From Candidatus Thorarchaeota archaeon (GTDB lineage Archaea; Asgardarchaeota; Thorarchaeia; Thorarchaeales; Thorarchaeaceae), in contig JBHLRP010000004.1 in NCBI GenBank assembly GCA_048882485.1, positions 32,001 through 96,000 of the forward strand: 64,000 bases of DNA, read 5' to 3'. The position numbers and the translations under genes are program-made. The notes below the pieces were generated by a model. It saw only the letters and a program-made list of their open reading frames with translations. It searched no databases and was not told the DNA's origin. Below are positions 55,972 through 64,000 of the stretch, in pieces. Position 1 is the stretch's first letter; the number at the start of each line of letters is the position of its first letter.

Positions 55972-56760
55972 CTATGCTTCCGCATCTTTCAAGGCAATAA
56001 TTGCTGCACCAAGAGCTCCCGTGAGTTGAGGAATTTCCGGCATCCAGAGTTCCGTCTTCAGGACTTCTGAAAGGTAATGACGAAAAGCAGGATTCAATGC
56101 AACACCTCCGGTCACCCCTATGGGAGTGGCAACTCCTACCCTCTTAGATAGCGACCCTATCTTTGAGGCCATTGACTGATGAACACCTGCAGCTATGTCA
56201 GCCGGGGAATCGCCAGAACCTATACGACCAATTACCTCGCTCTCAGCAAATACTGTGCATGTGCTGCTGATTGTACAAGGTGACTTGGACTCAAGAGCCA
56301 AAGGTCCCAATTCATCCATTGACACCTCTAACACACGTGCCATCACTTCTAGGAATCTGCCTGTACCGGCGCTACATTTGTCATTTAGTTCAAAGTCTTC
56401 AGGTCGACCATTAGACCCTATTCGAATCACCTTGGAGTCTTGGCCACCCACATCGATTAATAGGCGAATGTCAGGATTGAGGGCATTAACACCTACACTA
56501 TGACAGGTGATTTCTGTCACGGTCTTATGAGCCATATCGACTATGTTTCTACCGTATCCAGTACCTATGATGCGACAGTCATCCCTGGTCTTTCCAGATG
56601 CAGTGAATAGAGTTCCCAAGACATGTGCAACTGCGGATGCCGCTGAGGCTCCAGTGCCTTGGAGATGACTCGCGAGGATAGATCCATTTCTGTCTACCAT
56701 GACCCCCTTTGTCGTTGTTGACCCAACATCAAGTCCAATTGCAAATGCTTTCTTTGTCAC
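55972..56760 (-). CDS. 2-hydroxyacyl-CoA dehydratase activase (ASKHA ATPase, HgdC/HadI/BadF type)
   Basis: GLDVGSTTTK, TGYGR, EITCH, DVGGQDSK, NDKCSAGTGRF, CTVFAESE. Confidence 0.93.
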   Translation of the reverse strand: MTKKAFAIGLDVGSTTTKGVMVDRNGSILASHLQGTGASAASAVAHVLGTLFTASGKTRDDCRIIGTGYGRNIVDMAHKTVTEITCHSVGVNALNPDIRLLIDVGGQDSKVIRIGSNGRPEDFELNDKCSAGTGRFLEVMARVLEVSMDELGPLALESKSPCTISSTCTVFAESEVIGRIGSGDSPADIAAGVHQSMASKIGSLSKRVGVATPIGVTGGVALNPAFRHYLSEVLKTELWMPEIPQLTGALGAAIIALKDAEA

Positions 56761-56772
56761 AGTCTTAACATC

Positions 56773-57987
56773 CTAGATGAACATCTCAAGAAGAGCATCG
56801 ACACGAGTCTGAATCTGAGCCTCGTTGAAGAGCCGGCTGTCCACCATGTCACCCTCAATCACAACACCTGGGACTCCAGTTCTTTCAGTCACAATCTCCT
56901 TTGACACAAGCTGACCAAGTGAATAGCGCTTGCAGGACCGGACGGAGAACATGACAAATCCATCCAGATCGAAGTCCTTTATCAGCTGGACCATCTTGTC
57001 GACCTTGGCATCGAGGTTCTTATTGAGATAGACATTCGAATAGATGTCAACGATGCCATCAAGAAGTGAGCTGGTGTCTGTTCCCTCAACGGCGCCACAC
57101 CATGCATGAGTGTAGGTATCTGCAGGAAACACGACGCCTCGAGCAGCTAGCTTATTGAAGAATTTGAGAATGAACCATGGAGGAATATTGTCCCACAATA
57201 GCCTGATCTTCTCCTCTCGTATTGCACCTATACCCTGTTTGACACGGTCCTCAACCTCCGCCAAAAGAACTTCGTAGAACTCCGTACAATGCTCCATGCC
57301 GCGACTTGAAACGACTGGGGCCATTGTCAGAAAACGATCAGCGCAATTGAGCGGACTCGGCTTATTCTGGCAGGCCTTGAGTGATTGAGTCCAGAGCTTG
57401 ATAGCTCTGCTTGAGAGGTCCGAAACTTCTCTAAATCTGTCCTCTTCCAGTGTTGTGTTGAAGGTCTTCGCTAAGAAATCAATGAGCCGCATTAGACCCT
57501 GTTTTACGTAAGCTCGATGGTGGGGCTTCTGCTCTTCTTCCAGCGGTGGTGTGTCAAGCAGAAACACAGGAGCACCGGTCTGTTCGGAATTTGCATCGTA
57601 CCACTTCAGAATTGTGCCGCAGATGTTATTGCAACCAAGAAGAGCCTGCGGCCTTGGTAATGCCCCCATCGTTACGTCATCGGGCCTGTCTGTTGATCCA
57701 ATGCTCGCCCGGGCATAGGAGCACAACTCCTGCGAGTATCCCAAGTCCTCGGCAAATCCACAGACTTCCGGTCCTATCTTTGTTGCACCAATAATCGCTC
57801 CAGCCTGCTCAGGATAGGTTGGAAATACATTCATGGCAACTGGAATCTCAACAGGGAATCCAGATGACACCCATGCCAAATTGCCCTCTTCTGAGGCCGC
57901 CATGGCTTCCATTCCGTGACGGAAGGCTATCTGCTGGAGTAGGGCTTGGGTTTCTAGTTTTCTATAGGGCTTCTCGTCGTTACTCAT
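56773..57987 (-). CDS. 2-hydroxyacyl-CoA dehydratase / class I benzoyl-CoA reductase family subunit
   Basis: PVEI...YPE, ELCSYA, NNIC, RSCK, EGDMVD.R; start MSNDEK. Confidence 0.88.
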   Translation of the reverse strand: MSNDEKPYRKLETQALLQQIAFRHGMEAMAASEEGNLAWVSSGFPVEIPVAMNVFPTYPEQAGAIIGATKIGPEVCGFAEDLGYSQELCSYARASIGSTDRPDDVTMGALPRPQALLGCNNICGTILKWYDANSEQTGAPVFLLDTPPLEEEQKPHHRAYVKQGLMRLIDFLAKTFNTTLEEDRFREVSDLSSRAIKLWTQSLKACQNKPSPLNCADRFLTMAPVVSSRGMEHCTEFYEVLLAEVEDRVKQGIGAIREEKIRLLWDNIPPWFILKFFNKLAARGVVFPADTYTHAWCGAVEGTDTSSLLDGIVDIYSNVYLNKNLDAKVDKMVQLIKDFDLDGFVMFSVRSCKRYSLGQLVSKEIVTERTGVPGVVIEGDMVDSRLFNEAQIQTRVDALLEMFI

Positions 57988-58000
57988 TCTTTTCACTCCT

Positions 58001-59203
58001 TCAATTGGCATCAATGGTTTCTAAAAAGGTCTGAATTCTGCCTTCAATTCGGGCACGGTCAGAGAGTTCAGAGTCAAGAGGAAGTTTCACAGTTGGTACA
58101 CCAACTTCTTCTGCAGCCTTTTCCAAGGACGGTGCTTCAAACTCATCTGGATCACAGAAAGACTGCTCACATACTATCAGTCCCTGGATTGATAGCTTCG
58201 TAAGTACATCTTTGAGGAATGCGACACGTTTCGGCAAGCCTTCCTGAGTTGGCTCACTATGGGCTCCAAGAATCGATCGCGCTGATTCTTGGAAAGGTTC
58301 GCCCTCGGCATTCACTTGGGGTGTGAAAACTGTCTTGAATCCAAAGGACAACATATCGAGCACAAGGGTTGTATCAGTGACCCCGGGAATATTCTCGATA
58401 AGTCCAGCAAACGTTCTTGGTTCTACCATTCCTCCAATCACAGCAATTCTTGGGCTAGATGTATTGATATCTACCTCATAGCCTGATAGATCTTGGTTTA
58501 GCAGAGAATCGCGAAGCTGTTCTACCTTATTCATCTGATTATCATTCTCGAAACTCTCCTCAACCTCCTCCCACTTTCCGTTCATTCGTTCTGAAACCTC
58601 TTGTGTAGGAGCTGTGAGAAACTCTCCAACAAAATGAGAGAGTTCATTGTATGAAATCAGAGAGGGGTAGAGAAGCCGAGTACAATACATCAACTGCAAC
58701 ATATCTCGTATCTCATGAAGAAGTAATGCTGCGGTCTTGAAAATCGATTCTGAAAAACCATTGCCGTATATGGTGGCTAGATTGTCAGAGAAAGCCTTGA
58801 TCTCCATGGCCAGGAAGTCAACACTTGATTCACCTGCGTCGCCAACTGGATACGTGAGACGAAACACCTTGTCTTCAGGGAATCGCTTCCGCCAGACATC
58901 GCCTACATTCTGGAGTGCATCACACGTGTTCCCTGAGAAGAGTATGCCAGCCAGTTGAGGGAAGCTGTCATTGATTCTTTGACTGAACAGGTTTCGAGTC
59001 AAGGAACAAGCAAATGTCTGTAGACTTGCCTCATATGCCCCCACTACTGCTGGGTTAGTACGGACAAGAGAGGGTTTGAGTCCGTGAGCTATGATCAATT
59101 CGTGTGGAGGATGTGGATATATGTAGCCAAGAACTTGCTCACCAGCATCAACAAGCGCTTTCAGGACTTGATTGGATTGTTCGATAACTGTCGGGTAGCT
59201 CAC
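58001..59203 (-). CDS. 2-hydroxyacyl-CoA dehydratase / benzoyl-CoA reductase family subunit
   Basis: PHELI.AHG, FACS, NTCDAL, FCDP, RIQTFLE. Confidence 0.85.
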   Translation of the reverse strand: MSYPTVIEQSNQVLKALVDAGEQVLGYIYPHPPHELIIAHGLKPSLVRTNPAVVGAYEASLQTFACSLTRNLFSQRINDSFPQLAGILFSGNTCDALQNVGDVWRKRFPEDKVFRLTYPVGDAGESSVDFLAMEIKAFSDNLATIYGNGFSESIFKTAALLLHEIRDMLQLMYCTRLLYPSLISYNELSHFVGEFLTAPTQEVSERMNGKWEEVEESFENDNQMNKVEQLRDSLLNQDLSGYEVDINTSSPRIAVIGGMVEPRTFAGLIENIPGVTDTTLVLDMLSFGFKTVFTPQVNAEGEPFQESARSILGAHSEPTQEGLPKRVAFLKDVLTKLSIQGLIVCEQSFCDPDEFEAPSLEKAAEEVGVPTVKLPLDSELSDRARIEGRIQTFLETIDAN

Positions 59204-59462
59204 TGGTACACCTCATCTTTCAGTCGTTGATACTATCAACAATAGCGAACAATCTCCCCTCTACTTTCTTATTTCTTGTGCTACAACTCAACTTGGAACG
59301 AATTTTGATGAAAGCGAGCAATTCCATGGTGCAGATAGTCCATCAGAGGTGAGCAGAAGATTATATCAAGCAGTGTTTTTGTAGAATTTTGTAATGCCAG
59401 TCGCAAAAGCTAAGGCATTTTGCGCCTGATAAATTGTGAGAGAGAACGGAGTGAACAAATCT

Positions 59463-61208
59463 ATGGAAGAAATGATTTGGCATAAGCATAGGTGGCCTGA
59501 AACCGTCAAGAAGTCATTAGACTATCCTGAAGAGCCACTCTTTGCGATATTGGACAGGACTGCTGCGGAACATCCAGATGCGCCTTCCACCCTATATCAG
59601 GGGATTGCGCATCCATTCGCAGAGGTGAAGGATCACGCGGATCGGATTGCTAATTTCCTTTCAAGTAGAGGCATTGGGAAAGGTGACAAAGTTGCGATTT
59701 TCATGCCGAACGTGCCCATGTATCCGCCTGTATTCTTTGGAATCCTTAAGGCTGGAGCAACATGTGTGACCTGTAATCCATCGTATAAAACAGGTGAACT
59801 GAACTTCCAGCTAAAAGACTCGGGTGCGAAGGCTGTGTTTACTTTTGACCATTCCGTCTTCACACCAACAACATATGCCGCGACTAAAGGAACTGACGTT
59901 GAAACTATAGTGATCTGTAATATCAAGAGCTTTCTACCAAAAATCAAGGCTATTATTGGTGGACTGATAGGAAGGGTGCCCAAGGGCGATTCATACGAGG
60001 AAGGAACTGTATTCTATGATGACATCATAGAGCAATATGAACCAAAGGCACCAGACGTAAGTATCGATGTTAAAGAAGATCTTGGATTGATTCTCTATAC
60101 TGGCGGAACGACTGGTACGCCTAAAGGAGCAATGCTCACTCATTACAACCTTTACAGCAATGTCATGCAGTTTGATGAGTGGGTCCAGCTTGAGCCTGAG
60201 GAGGGAGGACCACCAAAGAAACTCAAACCTGGTGTGGAAATCTTCGTTGGAGCGCTTCCATGGTATCACAGCTATGGTCTAACTCTCACGATGTTGGCCT
60301 CCTATTACATGGGTAGTGCTGTTATTTGCATTCCAGACCCAAGAGCTGGGAAGCCTCCGATGAGTGAAATGTTAGCAGATATTCAGAAGTACAAGGGGTC
60401 AATCCTTCACTGTGTGCCGGCACTATACGCTGGAATGATTAACAACCCAGACGTTGGCAAGTACAACCTGTCATCTCTCAAAGCCTGTGGGTCAGGTGCC
60501 GCACCCCTGCCTCCAGAAGTTGCTAAGGTCTTTGAGAGCACAACCGGAGCCACACTCTTTGAGGGCTATGGTCTGACTGAAACATCTCCAATGACACATG
60601 CCAATCCTTCAATCAAGTCTTTGCGAAAGTTTGGCTCAATTGGAGTTCCTATTCCTGACACATATGCAACAATTGTTGACATTGAAACTGGAAAGAAGGA
60701 ATTGGAGCAGGGAGAAACCGGAGAGATAGCCATCAGTGGGCCGCAAGTCATGAAAGGATATTGGAACAAACCTGATGAAACTGCGGAGGTGATGCGAGAA
60801 ATCAAAGGAAAGCGCTACTTCCTAACTGGTGATATTGGTCATATTGACGAGGATGGATTCTTCGTCATTTCTGACAGGAAGAAGGACATGATCAATGTAG
60901 GTGGTCTCAAGGCGTATCCGAGAGAGATTGAAGACCTCTTCTTTGAACATCCAAAGGTGCAGATGGCGGCTGTCATCGGTATACCCAGAGAGGACGACCC
61001 GAGCAATGAGTATGTCAAGGCATATGTCATCCTGAAAGAGGGAGTAACTGCGACTGAAGACGAGTTCATCGCATGGGCCAAGGAAAACATGGCGGGCTAT
61101 AAGCGACCCAAAGAAGTGGAATTTGTCGATACTCTTCCAATGACTGCAGTTGGAAAAGTCCTTCGTCGAGAACTTCGTGATGCCGAACTCGCCAAAATGA
61201 AGAAGTAG
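59463..61208 (+). CDS. fadD: Long-chain fatty acid-CoA ligase
   Basis: YTGGTTGTPKG, EGYGLTE, TGDIG, DRKKDMI, GKVLRR. Confidence 0.9.
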   Translation: MEEMIWHKHRWPETVKKSLDYPEEPLFAILDRTAAEHPDAPSTLYQGIAHPFAEVKDHADRIANFLSSRGIGKGDKVAIFMPNVPMYPPVFFGILKAGATCVTCNPSYKTGELNFQLKDSGAKAVFTFDHSVFTPTTYAATKGTDVETIVICNIKSFLPKIKAIIGGLIGRVPKGDSYEEGTVFYDDIIEQYEPKAPDVSIDVKEDLGLILYTGGTTGTPKGAMLTHYNLYSNVMQFDEWVQLEPEEGGPPKKLKPGVEIFVGALPWYHSYGLTLTMLASYYMGSAVICIPDPRAGKPPMSEMLADIQKYKGSILHCVPALYAGMINNPDVGKYNLSSLKACGSGAAPLPPEVAKVFESTTGATLFEGYGLTETSPMTHANPSIKSLRKFGSIGVPIPDTYATIVDIETGKKELEQGETGEIAISGPQVMKGYWNKPDETAEVMREIKGKRYFLTGDIGHIDEDGFFVISDRKKDMINVGGLKAYPREIEDLFFEHPKVQMAAVIGIPREDDPSNEYVKAYVILKEGVTATEDEFIAWAKENMAGYKRPKEVEFVDTLPMTAVGKVLRRELRDAELAKMKK

Positions 61209-61217
61209 AACATCAAT

Positions 61218-61247
61218 AGGGGGGATTTCCCCCTCTTTCCTATTTTT
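61218..61247 (+). terminator. GC hairpin plus pyrimidine run between the fadD paralogs
   Basis: AGGGGGG-attt-CCCCCT followed by CTTTCCTATTTTT. Confidence 0.5.
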
Positions 61248-61317
61248 CCCTAACAAATATGAGTAGGCAATGCGATAGCGAGCAGATAGTCTGTAATATT
61301 GTATTAGGAGTAGATTA

Positions 61318-63072
61318 GTGATGGACGAACTATATTGGCAGAAAGGCCCAAGGTGGCCACCTACTGCAAGAACGACATTGGAATATCCAAAGGAACCACT
61401 GTATACCATGCTTGACAGGACCGCTGAGAAAAGCGGAGATCTGCCCTTTACATGGTTTATGGGAAAGACAGAATCCTTTGCTGAGGTTCGAGATCATGCT
61501 GATAGGATAGCAAACTTCCTATCTACTCAAGGAATCAAACCGGGTGATCGAGTAGCGGTTTTCCTGCCTAATGTACCGCACTTTCCACCGGTGTTCTTTG
61601 GAGCACTGAAAGCAGGAGCGAAGGTTGTGACCTGCAACCCCATGTATAAAGCAGGAGAGCTAAACTATCAACTCACGGACACGGGAGCTGTAGCTGTCTT
61701 TGTGTTGGACCACCCAACTTTCACGCCGACTTGCTATGAGGCTATCAAGAGTACAGATATTGAAACAGTAGTGGTCTGCAGTCTGAAGTCATTCATACCA
61801 ACAGTCAAGGCATTCCTAGGAGGTCTTACGGGTAGGATTCCAAAGAGCGGGTACTATGAAGAGGACAAGACTTTCTTCTACGATGACATTATTGCTGAAT
61901 ATGAACCTAAGTCACCTCAAGCAGACTTGGACCCCGATGATACTGCAGTTCTCATCTATACGGGAGGGACCACGGGAACTCCGAAGGGAGCTGAGTTAAC
62001 TCATGTCAATTTGGTATCGAATATTCTGCAAATCTGTGAGTGGGTCTATCTTGAACCTCCGGATGTTGAGGATGCGGGAGGAATCAGATACGAAGAGGAG
62101 GTCTTTGTTGGAGCAGTTCCGTGGTATCACAGCTACGGACTTACTACAACTCTATTGTTGGCAGTATGGAATGCAGGCCAACTTGTGTGTATCCCAGATC
62201 CTAGGGCAGGTAAACCCCCTCTATCAGACTTGCTCAAGGATTTGGAGAAGAGCAAAGGAACGTCATTGAATTGTGTGCCAGCCCTATATGCAGGCATTGC
62301 TACCCATCCCGAAGTGGGCAAATACGACTTGACCAATGTAAGGATATGCAGCTCTGGAGCTGCGCCATTACCGCCTGAGCTAGCCAATGCGTTCGAAGCA
62401 GTGACTGGAGCCCTTCTTTTCGAGGGCTATGGTCTGACTGAAACATCCCCAGTGACTCATATGAACCCGTTTAACTCACGGAACCGCAGGTTTGGCTCTA
62501 TTGGACTCCCAATTCCAGACACAATATGCAAGATAGTGGATCTTGAAACTGGGACTAAGGAGATGCCTATTGGGGAGATAGGAGAGATAGCTATTCATGG
62601 CCCCCAGGTAATGAAAGGATACTATGGGAAACCCGAGGAAACTGATAACGTGATGCGCAACATCAATGGCAAGCGTTTCTTCCTAACTGGAGATGTGGGA
62701 CACATGGATGAAGAGGGCTACACCTACATCAGTGACAGGAAGAAGCAGATGATCAATGTTGGTGGTCTGAAGGCATACCCGAGAGAGATAGAAGACATCT
62801 TGTTCACGCATCCGAAAATTCAGCTGGCTGCTGCAGTGGGAATTCCGAGAGATGATGACCCAAGCAACGAGTTCGTCAAGGCGTATATAGTCTTGAAAGA
62901 GGGCGAGTCTGCGACAGAGCAGGAGTTCATCGATTGGGCGAGGGAGAAGATGGCGGGGTATAAGAGACCCAAGGAAGTTGACATTGTCGACTCGCTACCC
63001 CTTAGCAACGTAGGGAAAGTCTTGCGCCGAGTACTGAGAGAAGAGGAAATCAAGAAGCGCAGTGGCAAATAG
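61318..63072 (+). CDS. fadD: Long-chain fatty acid-CoA ligase (tandem paralog)
   Basis: YTGGTTGTPKG, EGYGLTE, TGDVG, GKVLRR. Confidence 0.9.
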   Translation: MMDELYWQKGPRWPPTARTTLEYPKEPLYTMLDRTAEKSGDLPFTWFMGKTESFAEVRDHADRIANFLSTQGIKPGDRVAVFLPNVPHFPPVFFGALKAGAKVVTCNPMYKAGELNYQLTDTGAVAVFVLDHPTFTPTCYEAIKSTDIETVVVCSLKSFIPTVKAFLGGLTGRIPKSGYYEEDKTFFYDDIIAEYEPKSPQADLDPDDTAVLIYTGGTTGTPKGAELTHVNLVSNILQICEWVYLEPPDVEDAGGIRYEEEVFVGAVPWYHSYGLTTTLLLAVWNAGQLVCIPDPRAGKPPLSDLLKDLEKSKGTSLNCVPALYAGIATHPEVGKYDLTNVRICSSGAAPLPPELANAFEAVTGALLFEGYGLTETSPVTHMNPFNSRNRRFGSIGLPIPDTICKIVDLETGTKEMPIGEIGEIAIHGPQVMKGYYGKPEETDNVMRNINGKRFFLTGDVGHMDEEGYTYISDRKKQMINVGGLKAYPREIEDILFTHPKIQLAAAVGIPRDDDPSNEFVKAYIVLKEGESATEQEFIDWAREKMAGYKRPKEVDIVDSLPLSNVGKVLRRVLREEEIKKRSGK

Positions 63073-63690
63073 GTGCTAGACTTGAATTGGAGGAAAATTG
63101 GGGCAATTTGTGGGATTCTTGCCGGGCTGCAGTTTGTTGTCCTATCGTTTGCTGACATGCTGATCTACCCGGGTGGATACAACTTCTTTGAGAATTACTT
63201 TAGCCAGCTGGGTCTGTCAGTGATAAACAGTGTCGATACTCCACTCAATTGGTTCCTGTTCGCCACGGCAACAACTCTCGGAGGAATATTCACTGTTCCA
63301 TTCTATCTGTCAATCAGAACTGTGTTCACGGAAACAGGAGTGCAGAAAGCCCTCAGCGGACTGGGAACAGCACTTGGCGTTTTGGCTGCACCATGTCTAG
63401 CAGGAATTGGGATCTTTGCAGCTGACCTATTTCTCTTTGAACATGCATGGTCAACCATCATATTCTTTGTACTCACTGCGATTGCCATTGCCACGTACTC
63501 AATAGCAATTCTCCTGAAGAGCGATTATCATAACCTGTATTCCCTAATTGGAATCATTGTCGCAATCATATGCTTGTTGCATATCTACGGTCCAGGATTT
63601 GGCACTGCAATCATGCAGAAGGCTGCGGTCTATGCGCTAGTGTCATGGTCTGCGTTCCAAGGATATGAGCTAGGGAAAATGGTCCAGTAG
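63073..63690 (+). CDS. DUF998-like membrane protein
   Basis: YPGGYNFFENYFSQLG; multiple TM; H and QK motifs. Confidence 0.65.
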   Translation: MLDLNWRKIGAICGILAGLQFVVLSFADMLIYPGGYNFFENYFSQLGLSVINSVDTPLNWFLFATATTLGGIFTVPFYLSIRTVFTETGVQKALSGLGTALGVLAAPCLAGIGIFAADLFLFEHAWSTIIFFVLTAIAIATYSIAILLKSDYHNLYSLIGIIVAIICLLHIYGPGFGTAIMQKAAVYALVSWSAFQGYELGKMVQ

Positions 63691-63701
63691 CGATAGTCTG
63701 A

Positions 63702-64000
63702 TTACCTCTGAATCTCTCCGGGAAGGATGTAGGCATAGTACCTTCTAAGAATCTTAGTGCGAATAAAACGATGTAGTCTTCGCATACGAAGGTAGAGCTT
63801 CCAGGTAGATGCATCATCCTTGTAGTAGTCCTCTACCTCTTCGTAGACAATAGGAGCAATATTGAGGGTACTAGCTTCGGTAGATAGAAATTCATTGGCA
63901 ACCTCTATGAGTAACGGAACGAGCTCTGGTCTTTGTTCCTTGAAGAAGTTGGCAACAAGGTCAATGATTACCTTCCGAAAGTCGTAGTATCTGTTCACGA
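63702..64000 (-). CDS. C-terminal part of a conserved hypothetical protein (DUF6206-like); runs off window
   Basis: Open frame to the window edge; DLVANFFKEQ...YY.DDA..W...YILPG. Confidence 0.55.
   Translation of the reverse strand, partial: VNRYYDFRKVIIDLVANFFKEQRPELVPLLIEVANEFLSTEASTLNIAPIVYEEVEDYYKDDASTWKLYLRMRRLHRFIRTKILRRYYAYILPGEIQR

Noticed and set aside
60561-62446. Identical approx. 26-bp segment at 60561 and 62421
   Set aside because: Encodes the conserved EGYGLTETS motif in paralogous ligases; not a mobile-element repeat.
1-64000. Genome-wide reassignment of TAG
   Set aside because: Many conserved genes (rrp41, rrp42, SBDS, psmA, aor, hdrB, korD, korC, fadD) end at TAG at the expected length, often abutting the next gene.
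1-64000. tRNA, rRNA, transposase or integrase genes
   Set aside because: None recognised by eye; tRNAscan-SE/Infernal would be needed to exclude small RNAs in spacers.

Overview
Gene-dense archaeal chromosome segment with GGAG/GAGGTG Shine-Dalgarno sites and frequent GTG/TTG starts. It is most consistent with an Asgard archaeon, probably Thorarchaeia; this is inferred from a Rab-like GTPase beside a longin-domain protein, the exosome-proteasome superoperon and the Hdr expansion. Contents in order: histidine utilisation (hutH partial, hutU); an ECF module; the psmA-SBDS-rrp4-rrp41-rrp42-rpl37ae-Brix-pcc1-pfdB-DUF3194-DHH superoperon; an SCP2/dehydrogenase/LsrK-like kinase/aldolase/AOR catabolic operon; an ABC exporter; two tandem-module HdrA genes (one fused to MvhD) and three hdrCB pairs; a split kor operon; a 2-hydroxyacyl-CoA dehydratase/activase set; and two acyl-CoA ligases. 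The most notable findings are three. (1) A coupled SAM-methyltransferase / HgcA-like corrinoid membrane protein / 2x[4Fe-4S] ferredoxin operon with a non-canonical cap helix (NVWCGSRGG) and no HgcB-type C-terminal Cys, directly upstream of hdrA-mvhD-hdrCB. (2) An NPRL2 (GATOR1)-like longin plus tandem winged-helix protein next to an atypical Rab-like GTPase, lying inside the kor operon. (3) Two otherwise intact genes, truncated in the ORF track, that are each interrupted by a single in-frame TAG. No rRNA, tRNA, CRISPR array or mobile element was recognised. All family assignments are from motif recognition by eye, not database searches.
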